A DNA stretch of 64,000 nucleotides from Chrysomallon squamiferum (taxonomy: Eukaryota; Animalia; Mollusca). Where the stretch lies: positions 2,294,001 through 2,358,000 of the forward strand of contig CM022677.1 in the NCBI GenBank assembly GCA_012295275.1, given 5' to 3'. The notes under the pieces were generated by a model. That model did not search any database and was not told the origin of the DNA. It worked only from the letters and a program-made list of their open reading frames with translations. This document shows, piece after piece, positions 44,400 to 56,650 of this stretch (its first letter is position 1; every line of letters begins with the position of its first letter). A program made the translations under genes and the position numbers.

Positions 44400-45500
44400 G
44401 CTTTGATATATTTTTTGCAAATAATTGCCTGTTTTGGAGAATTTCTTTTCTTAAACAAGAGCAGTAAAAAAGTGACAACCAAGTAGGCATTACGAATGAT
44501 AACGTCAGATTCTGAGGATGCGAATGAAGTGTTGGAATGTGAAATAATAGTGATTTTGAAAGTGAAGAGAGTGACGATGATGTTGTCAATGATACAAATA
44601 ATAATAACACGAATGAAGATGAAAATGAAAATGATTCTGCTGATAATCACAGTCAGGTGGTGATGTTTTACAACCTGGTAGTGGGTGTGGCTGTGGTAGA
44701 GGACGTGGTCGAGGTGTGACAGAATTCTCAGACTCAGGCAGATCAGCGTCAGTGGATGAATGACATGAGAGAGTGTCGTGAAAAACAATTCAAACCCCGG
44801 TCCCAAAAATATTCCATATTCCAGATTACAAATCAAGGCTCATGTTCAATCACTTGTTGGAAAAATTCTGGCTGCATTATATACCGAGAAGAAATCTGTT
44901 AGCTGACAAAGTTATTATTCCAATATAAAACTCCCTCTCTATAAAATAGCATATCAAAGAAAAACCGATAAAGTGGGATATCAAAACCTTCCTACTTTGT
45001 GACATTTCAAATGCAGAAGTATATACAGGTCACAGGAATGATGCTGAAACCATTGAAAACCTTGGTGGACTGGAAACCTTGTTGTTTGTATGTTGGAACT
45101 GTTTTGTGACCAGCATTACTGTGTGTTTACAGACAGACTCTACACTAGTGTATATCTGTGTGAGTTTTTGCTGGAAAAGAGAGGAATCTGCCTAGTGGGC
45201 ACTGCACTTACCAATCTCAAACTTTTTCAAAAAAAACTGATCAAATCAAAAAGTCAAATCAGAAGGGGGCAGTTTGAACTATTGCTCAATGTAATTGTAG
45301 CAGCAATTGTTTGGTGTGATAAAAAGCCTATTTAAAGTGCGTCTGTGCACAGACAAACACCTCCAAGATTCTGGACCTCATGAGTTGGAAAGAGCCTACC
45401 CATGCAACATCAAACAGTAGGTGTGTAGTGTGTCTGGAAAACCACAACAGGTCAGACAACAAAATCCCAGTGCTGCCTAAAAGGACTTCTTTAAGAAGTT
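44400..45500 (+). mobile_element. piggyBac (PGBD4-like) transposase remnant
   Basis: Acidic N-terminus SDSEDANEVLECENNSDFESEESDDD; RRNLLADKVII...IKEKPIKWDIKTFLLCD; YCVFTDRLYTSV...LVGT...RRGQ...AIVWCDKKPI; C-terminal RCVVC. Large deletions. Confidence 0.85.
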
Positions 45501-45629
45501 AAGTTTTATTTATTTATTTATATATTTATTTTTAAAATCAAAACAAATAAAAGCAAAGAAAAAAAGAAGAAAGTCATGCACATGTACACACAATAAAAAT
45601 GAAAGCAGAGAAACAATCGCACAAACGAA

Positions 45630-45765
45630 AAAACCAAACACCACAGATGTGAAACTGGATACCTCACTTGAGGAGTTTTAAATCCGGGTGTCATGTTTCG
45701 TCTTTATTCAGTGTGCACGTTCAAGTTAGTTTGAGTAGGGAACAGTTCACAGTATTCACGTGGTG
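45630..45765 (-). repeat. Inverted partner of the 18081-18235 repeat
   Basis: Reverse-complement match as described for 18081-18235. Confidence 0.85.
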
Positions 45766-46214
45766 GAGAACTTCGTGTCTGACCAAACATAAACAGCACC
45801 CACACAGTAACCCTGAACAACAACAACAACAACAAAAAATTAAAAATTATTTTTAAAAAATGAGTCATGTCCATCAGTTTCAAATTTGTTTACATTCTGT
45901 ATCAGTGAAATATTTTTACTATCACAAAGCAAGACTTGAAAAATTAAGATTCAGTATATCGTTAATGAACCTGTAATATTAATTTTCATGCTTTATTATT
46001 ATTAAAAATTAGTATAATAAATATTAATTTCAAAACCACTCAAAGTAAGAGAAATGTGCTTAGACTGCTCTTCAAAGTACACTTTATTATATATATTTTT
46101 CTTTTTACAAGCAGGGTTTTAAAATTGACGCATCTTACATGAATATCATATTCAAATGTCATTTCTGTATTAAAAATTATAAAAAAAAGAGAAAAGATAA
46201 AAAGAAGGTTATAC

Positions 46215-46675
46215 CATAACTCCAGACATCAGTTTTGTGTGTGAATATTCTGTCCAGAGCTAACCACTTGATTGGCATCTGAAACAGTGAAAAAGAATAA
46301 AATCTCGTTTTTCATATATTTTCCAGTTTATAGCATAATATCTGAAATTTAATCTTTCTAAAATTTCAGCATATCAATGTTTCCAGTTAATAAAAAAAAA
46401 ATGAATTAAGACTATTCCAAGTTTCAGTTTGTAAGTTACCTATTAATAAGAAAATTGAATTTCAACTATTCAGATTTTCAGTTTGTAAGTTCCCTATTAA
46501 TAAGAAAACAGAATTTAAACTTCAATATTTAAAATCTGAATTTGAACCAAGTAAGAAATGTGAATTACTACTGTTCCTCTCACTTTTCTGCCAGCAGCTT
46601 AGTACTCTTCATCAATGTAATCAAGAAGCTTAGCTAATCCAAAATCTGTGATCTTCACCTGATTCGGGGTTTGTA
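46215..46675 (-). pseudogene. EGFR: Second EGFR fragment (exons 46675-46584 and 46278-46215) within an inverted duplicate 45855-46745 of 10145-10995
   Basis: VQTPNQVKITDFGLAKLLDYIDEEY*AAGRK / MPIKWLALDRIFTHKTDVWSY. The introns also align to copy 1. Confidence 0.93.
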
Positions 46676-47120
46676 CTGTACAAAGATAAAAAAAATTAAA
46701 TAAACATAATGTCAAAATTTTATTCACAATGTCAGTGATTATTATTATTATTATTATTATTATTATGATTATTATTATTATTGTTATAATTATTATTGTC
46801 GTTATTAATATTGTTGTTATTACTACTACTACTACTACTATTCTTATTATTTTATTATTATTGCATAAAATTGTTATATGTACTGTTATTTGAAATCTTG
46901 AAAATGTATTTACTTACTTATTTATTTATTGTTTTGTAAAGCTGACTAACAAAGATTCTAATTAACCTTTAAAAAGAAAATAAACGTATTTTTAAATAGA
47001 GGAAGAAAAAGAAACTACTTTCTGTTGAATCTAGAAAACTACACCAATTTAAAAAACAAAACAAAAAATAAACATCAGCAAACAAATGAAAAAACAAAAA
47101 CAAAACAAAAACAAACAAAC

Positions 47121-47329
47121 AATCTAGTTTTAAAACTCACCTTTCACTACTATATAGTTTTAAAACTCACCTTTCAGTACAATCTAGTTTTAAAACTCAC
47201 CTTTCACTACAATCTAGTTTTAAAACTCACCTTTCACTACAATCTTGTTTTAAAACTCACCTTTCACTACAATCTAGTTTTAAAACTCACCTTTCACTAC
47301 AACATAGTTTTAAAACTCACCTTTCACTA
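47121..47329 (+). repeat. Second array of the 30-bp minisatellite, ~7 copies
   Basis: Same unit and strand as 8646-9312. Confidence 0.95.
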
Positions 47330-47360
47330 AATTGACTAATAATAATAATAATAAATAGAT

Positions 47361-47393
<33 letters not shown>

Positions 47394-47676
47394 TAGTAGT
47401 AGTATTATCTATATTTGTGCATTCTTAATATATTTCATATATTTAAAATGGTCTTTATTAAAAACTTAATATTTCTTCATTAATACTATTCAGAGCAAAA
47501 ATAAGATCAAGAATTTAAATTTGTTATGAAATTCTGTTTTGATAAGTGAAAATTTGTATGTTATTTATTATGATTAGAGAAAGAAATTTGGGTTTCACTA
47601 TGACTGTAAGTATTTTCATAAAAATTTCATTTCACTGTGAAAATGTAGTATTTTCATACTGATACGTTATTTAAAC

Positions 47677-47707
<31 letters not shown>

Positions 47708-47790
47708 CAGAGAGGGTGAATGAGAGAGACAGAGTCAGAGTGAGACACAGAAAGAGAGAGAAAGAGAGATAGAGAGAGACAGAGAAAGAG

Positions 47791-47930
47791 ACTAACCATT
47801 AATCAAATACTAACATTTAACAAATACTAACTATTAACAAATACTAACCATTAACCAAATACTAACTATTAACAAACACTAACCATTAACCAAATACTAA
47901 CATTTAACAAATACTAACTTTTACTAACAT
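47791..47930 (+). repeat. 17-18-bp tandem repeat
   Basis: aaatactaac(c/t)attaac(c) repeated about 7 times. Confidence 0.9.
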
Positions 47931-48304
47931 CCCCTACGTGTACTAAACCTCACTGTGGTGTATGTGTGGCAACATTTCCAAAGGGAATGGCTAATTAGTA
48001 CATTAACATAACATTATTTTGGTTAGATAGATAGATAGACAGATAGATAGATTATGATAAATAGTTATACCTACATAGATAGTTACTGAAGATAGATGAA
48101 CAGATGGATACATAGAGTATAGCTACTTTTTCTAATTTCAAATAGTATCATTAATTTGAAAGCCCTTTCTATTTACAGACAGACAGACAGACAGGCCAAC
48201 AGAGATTAGACAGAAGTGAGTACTCAAGAATAAGTTATGAGATATACACATTTCCCTCTGGCTTTCTTACTCTATCTCCTACAGAAAATATTATAGACAT
48301 TTCT

Positions 48305-49105
48305 TATCCTAATTACAAAATTTTAAATATATTTACACAATGATTACCCCCAAGAAAACCTGGAATTTCCCCTGATATAATAAATAATATAAAAAAGGAA
48401 AGATAAAAGAATTATTTCGTTTGGCTTTTGGTTTTTAAAAAAAAAAATTGGTGAACTTATATGTATTTTTTTAAATTTAGAAAAATTCCAATTATTCCTA
48501 ATTACATAATCTTCAATTACATTTACATTAATTACCCCCAACAAATTCTTGATTTCCCTTGATCTAAATAATATAAAAAAAGATGGTAAAAGAATACATA
48601 TAATATATACATAATTCTAATTACCCCTAATTACATAATTTTAGATATATTTTCACAATTATAACCCCCAACAAAGCCTTGATTTCCCCTGATTTAGATA
48701 ATGTAAAGAAAAAGAAGATAAAATAAAAAAATTATTTTTTTGGTTTGTATTTTGGTTCTTTAAATGTTTTTGTGAGTTTTTAAAAAAATTATATAAAAAT
48801 TCTAATTACCCCTAATTACATAATTTTAAATATATTTTTACATTGATTACCCCAACAAAAACTTCATTTTCCACTGATTTAAATAATGTAAAGAAAAAAA
48901 ATGTTCTTCTTTTTTCTTCTTTTTTTTATAAAAAATTTGAATTACCCCTAATTACATAGTTTTAAATTTATTTACAATTACTACCCCAGCAAATCATGGA
49001 TTTTCCCCTGATTTAAATAATAAAAAAATGATTAAAAAAACACCTCTATGCACTATCACATTATTAGAATAACCATGCACACAACAATGATAAAAACAGT
49101 GTATA
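48305..49105 (+). repeat. Variable-length tandem array (~5 units) related to 38490-38890
   Basis: Repeated attacccctaattacataatttt...attaccccaacaaa...gatttcccctgattta.ataat.taaa. Confidence 0.88.
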
Positions 49106-49599
49106 CTCTTATTTTAATCATCAGTGGACTGATCGTTCTGAAGATGTATATCACTCAACTCTCCTCATCTTTTCATTATTTGTTTTTTATTATATGTTAT
49201 GAAGACAAATCTTATGGTCATTTGCATTCTTCACTTTATTAACATGAAAGTTGCAAACTTTAAGAAAAAAACAAATCATTAATTTAACAGAGAAGCAGAA
49301 TGTCGCAGGGTGGTACATCCTGATCCACCCTACATACACTATTTCACTTCTGCATCTTGTCTAGAAACAGCAAGTTTAGGAATGAAGGATAGCATTACAA
49401 CTAATCACTCTATATACTTGATAAGCACAACTAACGCTAATTATACATTATTTTATGCCAGTTAAAAACAAATAAAATACATTAAAGTAAAATTTAAAAA
49501 ATGAAATAAAAATGATAAAGGCGGAAAGACAAAACAAAATATGTTACTGATTAGTGAGAGACAAAAATAATATTTTTACCAACAGTTTCAAGTTAGTGT

Positions 49600-52500
49600 T
49601 AATGTAGCTGCATGTCTTGTCTAACAAAAGGTTGAATGCTGCAGTGAAGGTATTCCTGTCAGCCAGCTGGAATCCCAGGACAGGGTATATGTTCTGGAAG
49701 CCCTGTTAGTTGTGCCTTCACTGTCTCTGTTCTAAAAACAATCTCAGTCTCATCAAGCTTTTGCTTATAAATACAATGCCTGGTTCGTTACTGCAAAAAT
49801 GGAAATGCTGAATTGATTTCATTCCTTTCTGAGGACAAAACCACCCACTGAATTACACCTGCCAGTCATATATTGTCACACGCACATCTCCGCTTTCAAA
49901 ACCTACAATTTGGTTGATTCCCTTTTGTTACAAATTGGCCAGTAATCCACTTCTGAACGTCTGAACTTCTGAATTTTAATAAACCAACTACAATTGTCAC
50001 AATGTTAAGTTCACTTTCAATTCTGCCAGGCAAAGGCATAAAAGAAAGTGTTACTTCTGTAAAGAAATTTCTGTAATAGACCCCCTCCATTCGGCATTCC
50101 AAACAAAAATTGATTCTTATTTTGTCCTGACAACAAATTCAAAATGTTATTTTCTTTCAATTCTGCCAGAAAAAACTTGGTCCAAAATGGTGCAGACTAA
50201 AGAAATTACTGTGGACTTGTTGCTGCTATTCATCAATCAAATAATTAACCAGGCTGAGGAAGGGCCAAGACAACAAATTAAAAAAATTCCAGTATTTTGG
50301 ACTAGGTCACCAAGGAAATAAAACTGGTCCAGATTGGAGCGAGAGCAGATGATCTAGTTGTGGACTTCACATCTTCTCATCTTCTGGAAGAAAGAATAAT
50401 GAATCATCTCAGGCAAATTATCTCAGGTTGGTGAAGTCCAACAGTTCAATAAATCTTCAGCAGCATTATCTCATCTTTTGGACTCTGGCAGTTCAGTGAA
50501 TTATAAAACATTATCTCAGATTCTGGAAGACAGATGATTCAGTGTTGTTCATCTCACATTATCTCATCTTCTGGAAGTCTGGCAGTTCAGTGAATCATCT
50601 CGTTGTTTTGTTTGCACTGCAGCACAGATCAGTCTAGGGTGTCCAACAACTGTGAACATGCAGCTTCCACAGATTAATAAAGGAGGATTTCCCTATGGTA
50701 CGATAACCTAAAAAAGAAAAAAGAAACATAAAAATAAATAAGAATTAAAACAATCACTGCAAATTGTTATAATATTTTTCAAGTAACAATTTCTAAATAA
50801 TTTAATTACTAATTTTCCATATCAAGAGTAACAATATCAATAACTTTAAAACTTAAAAACTAAGTAAGAATATAAATGTATGCATGGTTATTTGAATTAG
50901 TGTACTGTTTTAAGCTCCTTTCCTATAAAGTATAATTTAATGTTTGTTTTAATTTATCTCCAGATACAGAAGTGAAGTAAAGGTAGGGGGTGTTTAATCT
51001 TTGCTTTACAACAAACGTATACATATTAAATTATGTACTACATCAACATGTATATTCATCTACATATAAATCAAAATATCTATACATCGTTATACAGGTA
51101 TATATAAAACCCACAAATATACCAATCTATTCATTCAAATAACTATGTAGTATTAAGAATAAAACAAATTCATTAAAACATGACACAGTGATCAAATTTT
51201 GCATAATAAAAAGAATGTTCTCAGTACCAAGGAGGGAACAAATATTAATGAGCAGTTAGAAAGAAAAAAGTAGATTTATCAATAGTTATAATTTGAAGAA
51301 TCTTTTGTGTGAAGTCACAATCAACTTACCTCGTGCAATAGCAAGTTGTCTGTAATGACTCATAGTGAAGCCTTTGTCTGTGTGGAGTATGTTGACATCA
51401 CTTCTCTTGAATCCTGTACTCGGCCAGGTAAGCTGAGTGCATGGTCCTCCACAAAATGCTGCAGAAACTGGACAACCTCTCTGTATCATCAAAACTAAGT
51501 ACACTGGATTCAATTTTCTCCCATCGCATGTTTTCTGTCTTGGAGTTACTCCATGCTGTCGTAGAGCTTCAGCAATGCTGTTAGTTTATCCTGACTAACG
51601 CCGTAATAAAGAGATTAAAAAATAATTTTTGTGATTGTTCTTTGTAGCAACACTTGTATATAATCATTGGTATACTAATCAAATATCTTTAGTATATTTA
51701 GTCTAAAAATACAATGTGGGAAAATAATTTTAGAACCTTTCTCCTCAATAAAAAAAATTACAATATTATATACTGAACTGGATGACTGAAAAAAAGAGTA
51801 AAATAACAACTTAAAAGAATACTTCCATTTTACCATTCAGTTCTTAATTAATCATGTATTCTAAACAGTAATATTTAGCAGTTTAGTATCAACTCCAGCA
51901 GAACACAATTACTCATGATCAATGGACTAGAACACACACTTACCCATCAATGAATTGGAAGGTTTCTCTACAGTTTTAGAATCTATGATGTAGCAACATC
52001 TCTGGAGTTTACGTTCGGTTTGTTGCCAGGGTTTTAAACTTGTCATCTCTCCATTATTCATAGTACTTGACAGTACTCCAAGTGGAATTATGTCTTTGTC
52101 AGCTGCAAAAAACAAAATATTTATTTTTAAAATTATATTAGAATTTAGTCAGTTACCTGTTGTTTAAAAAACATTTTTATATTATTCAATAATAACTTTA
52201 TATATTATATGTTTACAGAATTACAGAATTATACAAGCAAAGTATTGTGATATAATCTAATGGTTAAGTTGCATCCATCCAATGAACATCCTCTTCTTTT
52301 TAAAGAATATCTTACTTTAGTATGTAAACATTATAATTTATATTGCTAAATTCTTTCAAAGTTCATACATTTTGGAGGTTTAAGAAGAGGTGGATATTAT
52401 ATACAAAATGTTTTAAGTCTAAAATTAATACAAAACATTAGGCTAACCAAAAATGTATTCAATGTTAATTGGCTACTATTGATATTAATATTATTATATA

Positions 52501-53083
52501 ACTTGTAAGTTAAAAAAAACACCAAATGAACTGTTATTTTAATAATTTTTGAAAACATTAAAATGACTACAAACTGAGGATAGACCCTTTATCTATAAAT
52601 ATTACAAACTATGCATTCAATGGATTCTGCCATATTCAATCTCCATTCCAGCACTTCATCTCATGAAAACAGAAATGCATCTTCGTTTTACACTTTGTCC
52701 TTCTCCGGCAGTTTTAATTTTACAATTACAGTCAAACTTTTACATTGTCCTTATGAGCAATCACATCAGATGACTGATTAATGTCACTTTAAAGTGTTGA
52801 AATGAATTCTGTTTCAATCAGAGGTCTGTCGCTACTTTCATCATCAGAAGATTCCATCCATACCAAGCAAAATTTAATTCAGAATCACTGTCATTGGCTG
52901 AATCTTCGCTGTTTTCTGTAAAGTCACCAGTGTCATTTATCACTTCAATAACAGAAGAATCAGTCAAATAATCCTGGATCAAAGATTGTACATTTTCTGA
53001 ATCAGTTTGTCAAAAATGTTTGCTCCACATACAGAATTTAAAGCCTTAGTTAAAATTACAGCAAGCATACAGTTAAATGTCAT
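49600..53083 (-). mobile_element. Intron-containing Sola2-like transposase, near full length but decayed (exons ~53083-52615, 52102-51944, 51600-51330, 50707-~49600)
   Basis: Ordered motifs: FDCNCK...CISVF..DEVLEWRLNMAE; DKDIIPLGVLSS...CRETFQFIDG; VSQDKLTALLK...FVEDHALSLPGRV.GFKRSDV; GYRTIGKSSFINLW...TDLC..CKQN; GPV.F...VNYLIDE; GQNKNQF..WR; VTIYDWQ..F...KGMKSIQHFHF...PGIV...QEYLH.SI.PF. Confidence 0.8.
50350..50600 (-). repeat. ~50-60-bp diverged tandem repeat (~5 units) inside the Sola2-like ORF
   Basis: Plus-strand unit ttatctcatcttctggaagtctggcagttcagtgaatcatctc and variants. Confidence 0.8.
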
Positions 53084-53844
53084 CTTGGAAATTACCTCAC
53101 TTGCCAGAAGTATTACATCACATGATATTCTTGACAAGTGAGTGAAGGGGATTTCCATCCTAGTAATCCTTTGTTTACTGTTCGATTCTTATTTTGTTCT
53201 TATTCATTGATCTCCTATTTTAAATTCAGCCAGTCAAACTCTGCACATTTAGAAAGCCGTGAAAACAAGCTTTCCACTGATACCATGGTGAAAACATTGG
53301 CTGAATATTGAATTTTTCACGCAGTTTTAATTAACAAAAAACAAAGAATTATCTCATTTAAGTGCATTTTTGAAGCATATAGACCAATACATGTTTTAGT
53401 AATAACACAAAATGTACATAAATGGATAAACTATCAGTTTAAATTAAAATCTCAACCTACTCCCCCTTGAGCTTATTTTGGTTGTTACACACAATTAGGC
53501 AAGGTGACAAGGAGACATCCAACTTATTTCATGGTGGCAGGTCACAATTATGGAACAAAAACCAACAGTGGTAAAAGAAACAAACAATAACAAGAATGAA
53601 AAAATAATTATAATTCTAATATGTATACTTTTCCTGGAAACTTGACATCTTAGTTTTCTGTGATTCCCTGTTACTTAGTGGAGTAAAATAAAAAAATCAA
53701 TAAATAAAATACATATGTCATTAGATATATGTATCATTTAAAGTTTTAAATACCCCAAAAAATCATTATTACAAAAAAGTGATATTTTAATTTTTTTTAT
53801 TATTATTATTTTTGTATGAAGATAAAACTTTAGAAATGACTCAC

Positions 53845-54995
53845 CAATATCAGTGTCCTGTAAACACTCAAAGTGGTCTTCTGAAACTAACTGAATATCA
53901 TGATCCACATTCTCCAATGGAACTGGGCATCATAACTGTGATTTCCACTGAAAATTAATAACAAGAATCAGAAATTAACATAATTTTTGTTTTAACATAA
54001 ACAATGATAAATGATAGATAAACACATTATTCAAATAATAGTAAAAGGTAATAATTCAAAATATCTGAGATACATTATTCTATAATATAACAATAAATGT
54101 GCATATGTGTATGTTTTGGTGTGTTTTTTATTCATTAAGTTATTACCCTTTAGCACTGCTATGATCCAGAATCCATGTTTTGATGATCTTCTTGTAAAAG
54201 TTCTTTTCAACAAAAGGATCAACACCTTTTGGATCCACATGTTCATCAGTCAGATGAGATGTTCTTCAGGCTGAAAGTTAAGTAGCAACAAAACAATGTA
54301 TTAGGAAAGGAAAGATGCGTTTCAAGAATTAAATAAAAATATAGATAACTAGGACAGTATATTTACACTGTAAACAGATACTTTACAGCATCTTAACTAA
54401 ATATTAACTCAACTGGTCTGTGTTGATTTAATAAACACTTACCTCAAGCTGATCACTAATTGCACTGTTAAAATACACCAAATCTAAAATAAAGTGGAAA
54501 TATTTTATTTAAGAACATACACAGCATGTTTTTTTACTAGTTTTTACTAGTATTTTAAAAGCTAACTAACTATACAGATAATGAAAAAGAAACACTGTTT
54601 CTGCAATATAAAGTGACACCCTTTTAAACAAGCAACTAAAAATATTTTTCTAATGTACATCTTTGCACATAAAAAAACAAACACATATAATTTTAGATTA
54701 TATCAGGCATGGATCATCAGCTAGATTGTTAAAAAACCTTGTTAGTCTTCCATGCAGGACTAATTCTTGAACCCAAAAGACAATGACCATGCACTCTAAC
54801 CACTGAGCCAGTCTATCCATCACTATAAATTTAACAAAATGAATTAAGTGAATACTTACTGAGTACAGTTTCATTTATTTAGTTCTGGAGTACTTGTGAA
54901 TCGCTACTCTGTTTTGTGAAATCTTATGTTTTGTTGTGTTGCTAATGGGTATTTTGTATTTTGTGACACTTACCTCCCATTACCATAGTGAGATG
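53845..54995 (-). pseudogene. Multi-exon gene remnant, possibly the LRMP/KASH5-type N-terminal EF-hand region (exons 54995-54974, 54483-54443, 54270-54147, 53947-53845)
   Basis: All four exons have AG/GT boundaries. They read HLTMVMG/DLVYFNSAISDQLE/PEEHLI*L[fs]DEHVDPKGVDPFVEKNFYKKIIKTWILDH, resembling the L...LDP.G.D..V....Y..I.K.WI pattern. Stops and frameshifts are present. Confidence 0.45.
54760..54815 (-). mobile_element. tRNA-derived SINE head remnant
   Basis: Minus strand tggctcagtggttagagtgc...gggttcaag gives A-box-like and B-box-like motifs; no full cloverleaf. Confidence 0.45.
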
Positions 54996-55559
54996 CTGAA
55001 TTAACATTAATAAAAATAATAACCGTGCAATGTAAACTGTCTGATGAAATTTAACTCAGATGCATTCATTTAAAGATCCTTTATTGGTATATAAAATACT
55101 GACCAGTATATAAGAATCTATTAAAGCCTGAAATCCTCCATTTAAGTAATACAAATACATGTACAAAGGTCTGTACACTAAAACTGAATTTTACAAATCC
55201 CAATTCTTTGAGTAAAATACATTTCATAAATTTGTATAATAAAAGATTTAATACAATTTTGGCCATGCAACGTAAATTAAATTCTCTCACAAAACATAAT
55301 TTCTGCTTCCTAACTGTTCAGCAGCTGTCCTGTCTCTGTCAGTTTTATCATTTCAAACCAGATGAACAGCTCTGTGAGAAAGTCTACAAGGTTTTATTGT
55401 CTACCATCTCGCTTGTACAGGATATCCTCCTGGCTGCTGGCAGTTCCAGACTAGTAAAAATAATGTTAAACATTTTAAAGTACTCATAAAATATAATGCT
55501 TCTTCTTTTAATTTAAAATACAGAAATTTACACCAAAATAATCACATCTATATGAATGG

Positions 55560-55612
<53 letters not shown>

Positions 55613-55924
55613 AGAAAGAGTCAGAGAGAGAAATGTACATGATATAAAATGTAATGTGTGTCATAAAATATTAATGTATTACAAAATGCAATTTCCTACA
55701 TTAAATTAAATCAAACTTCATTAGGTTTAGGATAATAAGAAATGCATAAGAAATACACAGAACTGACGTAATTCAGACCTTGTACATTCATAGGTTTATA
55801 ATGTTTATAATACATATGATGAAGCAAATAATGTCAACCATTAGCTGTAGATACAGAGGTAAATAGTTTTGGATGTCATATTATCTGCATTTAAGACTCC
55901 TATGGCATATATACACAAACTTAA

Positions 55925-56650
55925 AAAAATATCATTTCAGTAGTGTTTTGTACAATAGTGTATTAATATCTCTTGTGATTATGATTACATATTATTTATG
56001 TGTGTGTGTATGTGTGTGTGTGTGTGTGTGTGTGAATGTGTGTGTTAAATATTATTATAACAAATAATTTTATTAATATTTTACAGTGTCTACATACGAA
56101 AAAACCTGATCATATTTTTCTTAATGTTTTATTTATCATTACTTGTTTTAGATGTTAAAATACAGCTATATAGATATTTAGGTTAAATAATATGAAAGCA
56201 GTCAATGCTCCACCCATTACAACCTTTAATATGGTTAAAAAATAATTTAAATATGTTTAATAATGTATAGAGCAAGTCAGCAATTTACAAAACTGACAGA
56301 AAACAACCTGTCAAACAAAATTAGCGTATTTTCTTTTAACACTTTTATTAGTTTATTTAAAAAAAAATAATTAGTTGAGTGTCTTTTGAAAAAAATATAA
56401 ATAAAAAAATAAAAAAATAAATAAACCAATAAATTCACAAATAATTATTGTTCCGAAATAAGATGGCTGCCATCACTTGGCTTTGACATGTAAATTATAA
56501 TTAAATAAAACAAAAAAATCTAAGTAATAATAAATAATAATACCTGTCTCCTGCACAAAATGAAATGCTTTAAGCAACTTTTTGTTGGATCATTATGCGA
56601 TTACACCAATTCTGTGTAAAGATTCATCGAACATCAAATAAAACAGTAAG
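55925..56650 (+). repeat. Duplicated segment, partner of 600-1440
   Basis: Colinear blocks as described for 600-1440. Confidence 0.85.

Noticed and set aside
44248-44836. Minus-strand ORFs of 120 and 172 aa (also 19762-20082 and 61715-62111)
   Set aside because: They are antisense shadows of piggyBac, TRIM-like and P4HA coding sequence.
54760-54815. Functional tRNA gene
   Set aside because: A- and B-box-like motifs are present but there is no acceptor or anticodon stem; treated as a SINE remnant.
55208-55489. Plus-strand 93-aa ORF with faint RNF213-like wording (FLTVQQL...LLSTIS)
   Set aside because: The resemblance is too weak, there is no plus-strand splice support, and nearby exons are on minus.
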